Origin: Bdellovibrionota bacterium
Lineage (GTDB): Bacteria > Bdellovibrionota_C > UBA2361 > JBIKWN01
DNA length: 64,000 bases
Direction of reading: 5' to 3'
Assembly (NCBI GenBank): GCA_044356295.1
Contig: JBIKWN010000007.1
Coordinates: 10,627 to 74,626, forward strand
Positions within the stretch are counted from its first letter, which is position 1. Every line of letters begins with the position of its first letter. The notes under the pieces are model-generated. The model was not told the origin of the DNA, did no database searches, and worked only from the letters and a program-made list of their open reading frames with translations. A program made the translations under genes and the position numbers. Below are positions 10,201 through 18,601 of this stretch, one piece after another.

Positions 10201-10682
10201 TCACTATCTGTATATTTAGGAGCATAACATGAGCCCTTACCACTTAAGAGGACCACGGGCATATTAGGATAAGGTGCACCAGAGATATCAATCAAAGAAA
10301 ATTGAATAATTTGAGCAGGTGTACTGCTAGCACTAGCAATAATAGAACATATATACCCGGGACATGTGCTGGTATTAATTGTCAACGACGGCGGTGAAAA
10401 TTCAAATCCACCACCAGCAAAAACAACGGTAGGATTCGCAACTGATGCAGGAACATCTACTTGCCCCTGTGCATTAGTGACATCTGTTCCAAAACCATTA
10501 TTACCCTGCACTTTCACCGCAGCAGCAGGGATACCATTGTCTTGAGTAATTTTAATTCTAAAGTTTTGAGCTTGCGTATCAAAACTTACAAAGCAAAATA
10601 AAGCGATAAGTAATAAGGTGAACTTCTGAAAGTCCCTAAAGTATTGATTTTTATTACTCAGTGTCATGCCCAGTAAAGGCAT
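7257..10682 (-). CDS. Large exported protein with tandem carboxypeptidase-regulatory-like (TDxxG) beta domains and a mucin-like Thr/Pro region
   Basis: Signal peptide; repeated TDSxG/TDxDG motifs; many Cys; about 200 aa of T/P repeats. The start may be the second Met at 10667. Confidence 0.75.
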   Translation of the reverse strand: MPLLGMTLSNKNQYFRDFQKFTLLLIALFCFVSFDTQAQNFRIKITQDNGIPAAAVKVQGNNGFGTDVTNAQGQVDVPASVANPTVVFAGGGFEFSPPSLTINTSTCPGYICSIIASASSTPAQIIQFSLIDISGAPYPNMPVVLLSGKGSCYAPKYTDSDGTVFFAAPRRSSVCNDKNNTDVDDNYTLLPLSPSGQSCTFTTLLKNKFNACPSSSSATVYVSGSCATNTTPSPVSGQVSYTLKFLERNTGSGIWGALININNGIPTITTDSTGTARVTLDGSTSYSAVVTGSKFETLPLYTISPQTCPNRICTWFGATRDSVMSLIPVQVLNAGTTPLESVAVDVTNSCLETTRQFTDSTGKALFGAVRQTTCNPLYTVFPSRQGFTFTHSSGSPFQFCPDQATSPVSLSAFTAGDVPLLSSVSGVVYDLLGLPQPNVRILNNGSVVATSDTEGKYTISTAQNSSLALNSFLPNSTLLYDPSYQQFINVDEDKKLNFYSVAPDSSIGNLPPVGPPCPVQFFNTISGRVLNDLGQPISGAVVMNNFSAPIITDLDGVYSFIVNQGSDNWVSASYANWDFLPVAYSEPNIRCDKQNADFVQVGKTSYKVTGKVFRHTGTVLSGATVTATLGDGSVRTDIADDEGAYSFDIDNGISFVLTSSNPDMVFLPAQFSERAERDFLNINFNQVAPTATPTATFTATNTATLTPTSTRTPTPTATFTFTNTATVTPTMTFTSTATVTPTATRTQTSTSTFTATVTPTFTNTATITPTPTFTGTSTATPTNTATSTQTPTLTFSVTPTATNTLTATPTSTTTPTATLTVTNTLTPTQIPSPSMTPSVTPINTNTPTQQPTSTFTATSTQTSTITPSPSPTATATVTSTSTSTNTPTATYTPALPFTLTSMCSLDSTSLAWRVINPYSSDLTLTWELYGSTVKGSIIAAANAHTFFSTTRLPSGNTLGLFHNGVQVAIKASGLQICPTPTPTRTNTPTITPTIIVPTATATPTPTITETPLPTSTPTNTATPVVCSVAGNIREVSRVMSSPFQSRVQRSGARVVITSQRNTKKSYSWVVNDDSFRIVVPCDDPYRIRMTFTRSGIEVRSRPTEYKNVWLLSDSRPRGTGYSFGLRAVSTGVSAQNRRLAK
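8004..8622 (-). repeat. Coding low-complexity Thr/Pro repeat (TATxTPT-type units)
   Basis: Degenerate tandem T-x-T-P-T units in the translation; a second shorter tract lies at about 7614-7751. Confidence 0.9.
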
Positions 10683-10706
10683 CGGGCACGGATATGGAAC
10701 GCTTTA
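10679..10706 (-). promoter_or_regulatory. Candidate sigma28-type promoter
   Basis: Minus strand TAAA-N16-CCCGATGC, compared with the consensus TAAA-N15/16-GCCGATAA. Confidence 0.3.
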
Positions 10707-10728
10707 TAATCTAGCGCAAAAAAATAAT

Positions 10729-11682
10729 TTAAATCATCCAATCCCAGCCATGACCTTTGCGAATAAGAATTTTTACTAATTCTTCTAAGTCATCTTTATC
10801 AGATTGAGTACGAAAACCAAGGACACTCCAAAGAGATTCTCGTATGGTTTCTAAGCATTGCGTACGAACGGCTTCGGTAATTGCAAATGCTGCAAGCCAC
10901 TGTTGTTGTTCGAATGACGATTCAATATTGACCGTTTCATTTGCAGACAGATTGGCATATGACATTGTTCCAAAACTAGCATCTTTTCCGCAACCACTCG
11001 CTGAAAGAATTAATGCACTGATTTGAAGAGGATCGATGCCATAAATTTTCTCTCCTACTTCTCGTAAGGTTTTACCATCTGCAAGTAGTCTCATCGCTTG
11101 TTCTGCATCCATTTGAGACCCTGTTGCAAGAAGCACTACTAATCCGATTCTTCCTGCAAAACCAGCAAGCATACCCCTACCCGGACTAAAATCGGAATTC
11201 AGTTGCCCAACAAAAAACCCTATGTGGGCACGAATGATCGCATCATCTAAAATTGGCTGCCAAAGTTTTTCATTATTTTTAGTTTTTAATTTTCGAGAGA
11301 TAGCTTGAATAACACTTGCAGCAGCAATCACATCACTTCGAAGTACTTTATAAGCTTCCCTGGTAGTTGTAATATCCCCAGCTTTTCCAAGCACTCGATC
11401 AGATGCAGCAGCGAGAAGAAGCTTTTTTAGTCCAAGAGTTAACCCTTCACTAGCCTTAGTAGGCTTACCCGACTTTCCGAAAACAAAGTTTGAAAGTCGC
11501 CAAATAAACCATGGTACCGGCTCGAATTCTTGTACTAAGGATTTAGCTCTTTCAAAACTGACTTCCTTTTTCTTAGGTACAATACCAGCAGCCTGCAGAG
11601 TTTCTTGAGTAATTTCAAGGGTTTGACGGAGATTCTCTTTGAATTTTATCTCGTCGTCTTTCTTAATCTCTTCTATGCTCAT
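10729..11682 (-). CDS. Hypothetical protein, degenerate HDOD-like domain
   Basis: LW..ILDDAIIRA..G...GMLAGFAGRIGLVVL...EKIYGIDPLQISALIL parallels HDOD motifs (AGLLHDIG; E...G.DH..IGA). Confidence 0.5.
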   Translation of the reverse strand: MSIEEIKKDDEIKFKENLRQTLEITQETLQAAGIVPKKKEVSFERAKSLVQEFEPVPWFIWRLSNFVFGKSGKPTKASEGLTLGLKKLLLAAASDRVLGKAGDITTTREAYKVLRSDVIAAASVIQAISRKLKTKNNEKLWQPILDDAIIRAHIGFFVGQLNSDFSPGRGMLAGFAGRIGLVVLLATGSQMDAEQAMRLLADGKTLREVGEKIYGIDPLQISALILSASGCGKDASFGTMSYANLSANETVNIESSFEQQQWLAAFAITEAVRTQCLETIRESLWSVLGFRTQSDKDDLEELVKILIRKGHGWDWMI

Positions 11683-11801
11683 ACAGATAATAGATCATCG
11701 GACAAAATTAAATAAATCCCAATAGTTTAGCTCTGAATCTAATTGAAAAGATGATAAATTTTAGCTTGAAAGATCTTTAATAATTTTAGAGACTTAAACA
11801 C

Positions 11802-12134
11802 ATGAGCAACAACAAATATTGCCTTACCAAAGCAGACCTCGCCGATGCAATCTATGCAACGATGCCTGTTGATAAGCAAAAAGCCGCCGATATCGTTGAA
11901 GATTATATCGAGATAATTAAAGAGATGTTAGCAAAAGATGGCAAAGTTATGCTCTCTGGATTCGGTTCGTACGAAGTCAAAGCAAAACCACCACGTAGAG
12001 GACGTAATCCACAAACTGGTGCCACCATTACACTTCGTGCACGAAAGGTTGTGAAATTCAAACCAAGTCAATTACTGCGTAAAGCTATCAACGGACAGAA
12101 GTACGATGAAAGCGATGCTGATAAAGTTGATTAA
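11802..12134 (+). CDS. ihfA: Integration host factor alpha / HU family DNA-binding protein
   Basis: LTKADLA, LSGFGSY, RRGRNPQTG, VVKFKPSQLLR. Confidence 0.8.
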   Translation: MSNNKYCLTKADLADAIYATMPVDKQKAADIVEDYIEIIKEMLAKDGKVMLSGFGSYEVKAKPPRRGRNPQTGATITLRARKVVKFKPSQLLRKAINGQKYDESDADKVD

Positions 12135-12137
12135 TAA

Positions 12138-13181
12138 CTAGTTCGGATATCCGTTGTAGTATTGTCTTCTCTTTACTGCCTGAAAACATACTCCGTATGC
12201 AGCTGATGCATCGTAAGTGTATACAGTCATTTGCCTACCATTTAAACTTTTCTGCGGTAGTGAGTATTCAAATATCATTCCGAAGTAAATAATATTTCTT
12301 CGAACAATTCTATGATTAACAATTCTTTGTAATCTCTTATTACGTCCAGCTGACCAAAAACCATAGTCATGTATATCATTCAAGACCCCAACAGGGCTCG
12401 TAAGTAGGAGTGGTTGTCCTTTGAATTGTCCATCACCTGATGGCTTTAATGAAGCTGCTTTTCTTCCTTCAAACTCGGATTCTGTAGCTGTAATACTAAT
12501 CTTAAATCCTGCTGCAATTGAAGCTTTTGATACTTTTGACAGATCCACTTGAATGATAGCTGCATATTTTCCAGTTTTTTTACATTCATCGCGAAAGATA
12601 TGCATAGTAAACGATCTAACCTGTGGACCGTTTTCGCCGCTACTTCCATCGCCTGGGATAGTCTCCCATTCAGGATTTATGTAATCACAAAGAACATTAA
12701 AAGGACTTGGATTACGACCAAATGCATCTCGATACCTAAAAAGCCAATCAGGTAAATCAGCATCTAAAAGATGACCATTGCAGTATGTTATATCACTACC
12801 ATTTCCTGTTTTCTGTTTTGAAAGAACGATCTGTTTTTTAAATCTTGAATCTTGGTCAGCTAATTTTTGAGGGAATTGGTATCCTGAAACTATCGAAGTT
12901 ATCGAAGCTGAACCATTCGAAAAAACAGCATTCGACCCTTTAATGATTGATTTTGTAGGAGCAGTGATAGAGTAATTTACTGTACTCGTTTCATTCTCTT
13001 TTGAACGAAGGACAAATGTAAGTGATTTTGGTCGCTCGCCTGGTTTACTGGTGTAATCATAGGTCTGACCGTTTTGTAATTCAATTGTCTGGGCAGAGAC
13101 AAAAGAAGAGCTAGAAAGTTGAATAAATACAAATAGATAGAAGCAAGATAGCGCAATTAAATTGGTATTTTTTAATTTCAT
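12138..13181 (-). CDS. Hypothetical exported protein
   Basis: 347 aa ORF with signal peptide (VSA-Q); no recognised domain. Confidence 0.7.
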   Translation of the reverse strand: MKLKNTNLIALSCFYLFVFIQLSSSSFVSAQTIELQNGQTYDYTSKPGERPKSLTFVLRSKENETSTVNYSITAPTKSIIKGSNAVFSNGSASITSIVSGYQFPQKLADQDSRFKKQIVLSKQKTGNGSDITYCNGHLLDADLPDWLFRYRDAFGRNPSPFNVLCDYINPEWETIPGDGSSGENGPQVRSFTMHIFRDECKKTGKYAAIIQVDLSKVSKASIAAGFKISITATESEFEGRKAASLKPSGDGQFKGQPLLLTSPVGVLNDIHDYGFWSAGRNKRLQRIVNHRIVRRNIIYFGMIFEYSLPQKSLNGRQMTVYTYDASAAYGVCFQAVKRRQYYNGYPN

Positions 13182-13285
13182 ATAGACACGTATCTGCTCG
13201 ATCAGTCCATATGATTCAGCGAAAGATACGATTTTTTCACACCGGCAGATCGGTCTTTAGGAGCGAACAAAGAACTCAGAAAAAA

Positions 13286-13606
13286 TTACCGAACTACCGT
13301 ATCCCCTTCAGGGAACAGCACTGGAGGATTTTTAACTTGAAATCCAGAAGCCTTAAGCCTTAACCAGATATCACGTGCTAATTCACGTGTCTCATTATCA
13401 AGAAGCGTATAGATATCAGGCATGTTAAGAACCTGATTCATTGCTGATGCAATATAAATAGCAGGAGCAGCATCTTCCTTAATTTTATCAAGCATGTTCG
13501 AAAGAAAGCTTTTTAATTCTGCTGATGTGCCAATCTTAGCTCCGCCTTCTACTTCAGGAGAAGCGATTTTTGTTCTTGGTGTTTTTGTATCTTTTTTAGC
13601 TGCCAT
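13286..13606 (-). CDS. Hypothetical protein
   Basis: 106 aa ORF, last gene of a tightly spaced minus-strand run. Confidence 0.7.
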   Translation of the reverse strand: MAAKKDTKTPRTKIASPEVEGGAKIGTSAELKSFLSNMLDKIKEDAAPAIYIASAMNQVLNMPDIYTLLDNETRELARDIWLRLKASGFQVKNPPVLFPEGDTVVR

Positions 13607-13615
13607 AATTATATT

Positions 13616-14326
13616 CTATCTATCTACTGCTATAAGCTCAATCGCCTGTGCATATCTTAGAGGTGGTTCCCCTAGTGCCACAACAAGCGGACCTTGAATT
13701 ACCACAGGTCGAGTCTCGATTCTTCGAGGCTCAATCCCATATTTAACAAAAGCATCGCCTAAGGCAACAGCTCTTCTCTTAGTAAGATAAGATGCAAATT
13801 CTGAAGTTTCGTCGTTAGCTTTTACATAACTTCCTATAACTAATCTAGACCAAGGAAGGCGCTCTTTATTAAGGCGAGCAAGCTCATGTGCGAGCTCAAA
13901 GCCCTGTTTGGTCAAATTTGCCGTGTCTGCATCGAAAAAGATATCTGCGGGGAAAATATCCCGACTTGGATGAAGCTCAATCCTACGCTCAAAGAAACGC
14001 TCTAAAATAGCCTGCATTTCAGCTCTATATTCTAAACGAGCAGTTTCATGTTTCATTTTAATCAGAGCCCGCTCTTCCTCATCTGCTTGAGCCCCTTGAA
14101 TTGCTCCTGCAATTGCTCCAAAACCAGCACCGACAAATGCCCCCGGTCCAGTTGGTGAAGAAACTTGAAAAGCTGTAACTGCACCAGCACCAGCTCCTGT
14201 AAGAACTCCTTCAAGTGCACCTGCAGTTTGTCTATCTTGATCAGGATTCAGACCTGATGTTGGAGAACATCCGCAGATACTAAAAAGTAAAAACAGATTT
14301 GAAAAAAGAAAGGATTTATATTTCAT
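13616..14326 (-). CDS. Lipoprotein with glycine zipper and divergent OmpA-like C-terminal domain
   Basis: Lipobox ICGC; GAGAGA/GAGFGAIAG zipper; FFDADTANL...LTKRRAVAL...GIEPRRI. Confidence 0.7.
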   Translation of the reverse strand: MKYKSFLFSNLFLLFSICGCSPTSGLNPDQDRQTAGALEGVLTGAGAGAVTAFQVSSPTGPGAFVGAGFGAIAGAIQGAQADEEERALIKMKHETARLEYRAEMQAILERFFERRIELHPSRDIFPADIFFDADTANLTKQGFELAHELARLNKERLPWSRLVIGSYVKANDETSEFASYLTKRRAVALGDAFVKYGIEPRRIETRPVVIQGPLVVALGEPPLRYAQAIELIAVDR

Positions 14327-14338
14327 CTTATTTATTCA

Positions 14339-15817
14339 TCATTTTATTAAGAGCTCTGAAGAAAAATTCATTTTCTTCAATGGAAGTTTTTGTAAGACCC
14401 TGTGAGTTTCAGATTTTTTACTTAATTCATTTTTGAGAGAGCGATAAGCGTTCTTATCACCAACTATTAAAATGGTAAGTTCATCCTCCTTCCAGTATTT
14501 GTTCGCAGCAGCAACTACTTCACTCTTAGTCACTGCCTCTATTTTCGCTAGAAAAGACTCATCATAGGAAGAGGGATAGTGAAGAATTCTTTTAAGGGCT
14601 TCACGTCTCACTATTTCAGGTACAGCATCGTAGCGGAAGACAAATGAGTTCCGAGCTGCTGTTTTAACGTCCTGGAGCTGTAATTCAGTAAAATCACCTT
14701 TTTTAGCTTCTTGAAGCGTATTCAAAGCTGTAATGAGACCCTCTCCGACTGAGGCGCTTTTTGTTTGAAATCCGATAAAATTTCTACCAATTGGTTCATC
14801 TCGGTAAATGCCTCCCGCAACACTATAGGAAAGCCCTTTTTGAGTTCGTATTGCTTTGGTTAGCATTGAGCTAAAGGCCCCACTACTTCCAAAGACTCCA
14901 TTAAATACTTCAATTGCAGGATAGTCGTCTGGAAAACGATGCGGACCAAGCTGTCCGATGTAAATAGTCGCTTGAGGAAAACTTTTTTCTACAAAGTAAA
15001 TTCCTGGTTTGTTTTTAAAGGTAAACTGAGGAACTTCAATTTGATTAAGAGCAAGTCCAACATCATCTTTTAGAAGCTCTTCAAGTTTTTCTTTAATCTC
15101 ATCTTTTTCTAGATCACCCGATACAGCAACGACTACACCGTCAAGTGAGAAAATTGAATTATAAAGATTTTCAACTGATTCCTCTGTAACTTCTGTTATA
15201 TCTTTTTCACGTAGTGGAGTTCCCAGAATAGAATCTTTATAAAGTAATTGAATAAAGGATTGTGCTGCGATTGACTCAGCTGAATCGCTTCGCTTTTTAA
15301 TCGCATCAATCGAATGCGATTTCCACAATGCCAATCGTTCTTGATCAAACCGTGGAGTAAAAAGCACATCTCGTGCAAGTGGGAGGATCTGGTCGAGCTC
15401 TGAAGTGAGTCCACTGAGTGTTACTGTTGAAAACTCATCCCCTACATTTGCCGAAATTGAAGCAGAAAGCTCCTCGAGACGTTCATCAAGTTGATCTGGT
15501 GAAAAGAGTCCAGCACCACCACTTCTCCAAAGGTACGATAGTGCTCCGTAAGAAGCTGCGTTTTTTGAATTTCGAGCAAGACTTCCTCGAGGGAAATAAA
15601 CGGACACAGAAAAAGTAGGAAGCTCTTTATCTTCTTTAAAAAATACTACTGCTCCATTTGACAATCGAAACTTTGATAACGCGGGGGGTGTAAAATTTTC
15701 TTCATTGACCAACCTATATCGTTCAAATAAATAACTTGCACATCCAGATTGTGTAAAAACAAAAACAACAAACAAGAGCGTTGAAGAAAATAAAGAAAAC
15801 CTACTTAAAAATTTCAC
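14339..15817 (-). CDS. M16 family peptidase, non-catalytic subunit (lipoprotein-like)
   Basis: LSNGAVV, IRTQKGLSYSV, IEAVTKSEV; no HxxEH motif. Confidence 0.85.
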   Translation of the reverse strand: MKFLSRFSLFSSTLLFVVFVFTQSGCASYLFERYRLVNEENFTPPALSKFRLSNGAVVFFKEDKELPTFSVSVYFPRGSLARNSKNAASYGALSYLWRSGGAGLFSPDQLDERLEELSASISANVGDEFSTVTLSGLTSELDQILPLARDVLFTPRFDQERLALWKSHSIDAIKKRSDSAESIAAQSFIQLLYKDSILGTPLREKDITEVTEESVENLYNSIFSLDGVVVAVSGDLEKDEIKEKLEELLKDDVGLALNQIEVPQFTFKNKPGIYFVEKSFPQATIYIGQLGPHRFPDDYPAIEVFNGVFGSSGAFSSMLTKAIRTQKGLSYSVAGGIYRDEPIGRNFIGFQTKSASVGEGLITALNTLQEAKKGDFTELQLQDVKTAARNSFVFRYDAVPEIVRREALKRILHYPSSYDESFLAKIEAVTKSEVVAAANKYWKEDELTILIVGDKNAYRSLKNELSKKSETHRVLQKLPLKKMNFSSELLIK

Positions 15818-15818
15818 G

Positions 15819-17330
15819 TCATGATCCCTTTTTAATAGTTCTCTCTAAAAAACCAATCGTTCGATTTTTGGCTACTAGATACTTCTTTCCAACCCTAACA
15901 ATATCGTCACTTGTTACGGACAATGCTTCTTTATACCAGTCAATCATTGCACTCCAATCTTTATATTGAAGTTGCACTTCACTGAGTGTCGTTGCAAGAG
16001 CAAGATTCGATTTCATCTGCCCAATGTACGAAATAGCAATCGATCTTTTTGATTGTTCAAGTAACGCTTCTGAAATTGGTTCGGATAAAAACCGAACAAG
16101 TAGCTCATCAAACCTAGTAAGTAGCTGTTTATTAGAAGTAGGCATCCTTGGAACAAGGGTGAAAAATAAAAGATTAGGATATCGTGTGCCTGGTCCTTCT
16201 TCTGAGGCTACCTGAATTGCAAGTTTTTCTTTTTTTATAAGTGTTTCATAAAGAGGACTTTTTGATGAGCCACTGAGCATCTCGCTGAGTATCGTTATAG
16301 CGGCATCGTCAGCATCTGGATAATTTGGTTTGTGGTATGCAATAAGCATTTGTGGGCTTGATTCAGCATACTGCACAAGCGTTCTTTCCTCTGTCTGCTC
16401 TACTTCTATGTCATGAGGTTCAGGTGCAGCGACTCCTTCCGGTATATCACCAAAATATTTTTCTAATGTCTCAATATCTTGAAAAGGATCAACCGCGCCG
16501 ACAAGACTTATAACAATATTACTTGGAACATAGTATTTTTTACGAAATGCATCCAAACGACGGGCTGTGAGCGATTCAATATCTTTCTGATATCCAATTA
16601 ATGGCAAACGATAAGGATGAGTAAGATACGCTTTTTGAAGCATTGATTCATAAAGAAGTGCACTCGGTTCATTATCAAAACGCATTCTTCGTTCTTCAAG
16701 GACGACATCCCTTTCTTGATAAAATTGCCGCATGACTGGGTCTTTCAGTCGTGCACTCTCTGTTTGCGCCCAAAATTCAAATGAACTTCGAGGAAGGCTT
16801 ACCATGTAAGAAGTATGATCCTTATCTGTCTGAGCATTAAGGTCTCCACCTCCACGCTTTTCATATTCAAGGGTAAACTCATCGTTCTTTGATAAGGATT
16901 GAAGCTGTAAAGAAATTTCTGAGACACGTTTTCTCTGTTCAACAGATAATCCTTCAAATTTCGGATGTTGCTCTGTGATATTTTCTAATTCATCGAGTAA
17001 TACTTTTTCAGTTTCGAAATCTTTTGTACCAATGACAGAGGTACCCTTAAACGCCATATGCTCAAACATATGTGCAATTCCAGTTTCTCCAATCGTTTCA
17101 TCAACACCGCCAACACCAACCGTCGTTACAGCTGAAAACACAGGGGCAAAGCCTCGTTGATAAAAAATAAAGGTCAAGCCATTTGATAACTTCTTAACAA
17201 CAACAGAATGCTCAAGACGATCTAATGAGTTTTGAGAAGCTTCGAGAATATTTTCGCTCAAGAGCTTTGTAGAGAGACTCAAAAAAAACAAAAGAGAAAT
17301 ACTAAGATTTCGAAGAAAGACAATTTTCAC
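15819..17330 (-). CDS. M16 family zinc peptidase, catalytic subunit
   Basis: GIAHMFEHMAFKGT (HxxEH), LNAQT, ERDVVLEERR, HPYRLP. Confidence 0.92.
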   Translation of the reverse strand: MKIVFLRNLSISLLFFLSLSTKLLSENILEASQNSLDRLEHSVVVKKLSNGLTFIFYQRGFAPVFSAVTTVGVGGVDETIGETGIAHMFEHMAFKGTSVIGTKDFETEKVLLDELENITEQHPKFEGLSVEQRKRVSEISLQLQSLSKNDEFTLEYEKRGGGDLNAQTDKDHTSYMVSLPRSSFEFWAQTESARLKDPVMRQFYQERDVVLEERRMRFDNEPSALLYESMLQKAYLTHPYRLPLIGYQKDIESLTARRLDAFRKKYYVPSNIVISLVGAVDPFQDIETLEKYFGDIPEGVAAPEPHDIEVEQTEERTLVQYAESSPQMLIAYHKPNYPDADDAAITILSEMLSGSSKSPLYETLIKKEKLAIQVASEEGPGTRYPNLLFFTLVPRMPTSNKQLLTRFDELLVRFLSEPISEALLEQSKRSIAISYIGQMKSNLALATTLSEVQLQYKDWSAMIDWYKEALSVTSDDIVRVGKKYLVAKNRTIGFLERTIKKGS

Positions 17331-17349
17331 TTAACAAGTATAAGAACTA

Positions 17350-18489
17350 CTAGAAACTTCCAACAGTAGGAAGAATTAATGTTACCTTTGCACCACCCTC
17401 TGGTCGATTTTGGAAAGTAATTCGCGCACCATTAAACTCTGCATATGAACAAGCAATCGCTAGTCCTGCTCCACTACCTTGCTGTTCAAGTTTATCTCTG
17501 TCAACTTGGTTAAATGCAAGGGTCATATGTTCGAGCTGATTCTCTTTAAATCCAATTCCATTATCGAGCACTTGAATAACAAATTCATCTCCTTGTGTAA
17601 GAAAATGTATCTGGATTTTTTTAGGATGCTTAGAAAACTTACATCCGTTCTGAACAATCCTCGATACACAGTCGAGTATCTGAGCCTCAAATACTTCTAA
17701 TTTTTGTGGAAGCAACGTTTTTTCAACGATCAACTCAGCCCCTTCGTTCAATACAGCATCTTTAATCTGTCCTACGATTCGTTCAGCTATATCCTCAACA
17801 GAAACAATTGTTTTTTTCGTTTCAGCCAATCGTTTTGCTAAACCTGCTTCGATTTGCTGCAAGATCATAAAATCGTTTACGAGTCTTTCTAAACGCAGCC
17901 CACCTCTCTGAATTGCTTCGACAAGAGTCTTTAATTTCTTTTCTTCAAGCTCTGGTTGATCGAGTAAGATCTCTGTCCCAGTGCTTATAGCGACTAAGGG
18001 AGTTCTAAATTCGTGTGATAGAGTATGCAAAACTTTACGTCGATACTGATCGTAGCGCGATTCAATCTGTTGCTTCTTCTCTCTTGCTCTTTCTACTTTA
18101 CCTTTGACCATAGCCAACAGCTCTTTTGGGTCAAAAGGCTTCGTTAGGTAATCATCCGCACCAGAAGCTTTACCTTTGATTTTATCGTCAGGTGAATCAA
18201 GAGCCGTAAGAAAGACAAATGGGATATTTGCAAATTCTACTCGCTCTCTAACCATCTGCTGAAACTGATATCCAGAAAGCTCGGGCATCATTACATCGCA
18301 GATCACTAAATCGACAGGTTGTGAACCTAAGATTTTCATTGCTTCCTGCCCGCTTTCACAGGCATAAACCTCCATTTTTTCAGTCTGAAGCAACGACTTA
18401 ACAACCCCTAAAATCAAGGGGTTATCATCCACCAATAAGATCGATGGTGTTATGGAAACTGTTTTATCTTCCAAGAGCTTCACACACAA
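17350..18489 (-). CDS. Hybrid response regulator-histidine kinase (REC-HisKA-HATPase)
   Basis: LLVDD, CDVMMP, KPF receiver; SHEFRTPL H-box; DNGIG and GAGLAI. The start codon is uncertain. Confidence 0.9.
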   Translation of the reverse strand: MCVKLLEDKTVSITPSILLVDDNPLILGVVKSLLQTEKMEVYACESGQEAMKILGSQPVDLVICDVMMPELSGYQFQQMVRERVEFANIPFVFLTALDSPDDKIKGKASGADDYLTKPFDPKELLAMVKGKVERAREKKQQIESRYDQYRRKVLHTLSHEFRTPLVAISTGTEILLDQPELEEKKLKTLVEAIQRGGLRLERLVNDFMILQQIEAGLAKRLAETKKTIVSVEDIAERIVGQIKDAVLNEGAELIVEKTLLPQKLEVFEAQILDCVSRIVQNGCKFSKHPKKIQIHFLTQGDEFVIQVLDNGIGFKENQLEHMTLAFNQVDRDKLEQQGSGAGLAIACSYAEFNGARITFQNRPEGGAKVTLILPTVGSF

Positions 18490-18601
18490 AAAATTTAGTT
18501 GCCCAAGGATTAAGTCGGCAGAAATCTATATGAACATAAGCTTCTTTTTTACTGTTAAAAAGTTGAGCAGAGCAGTAAAAATAAGGTAATCTCGCAGACT
18601 T

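Noticed and set aside
13223..13236. 14-mer AAGATACGATTTTT also present at 40966-40979, both intergenic
   Set aside because: An AT-rich 14-mer match is expected by chance in 64 kb, and there is no further shared context
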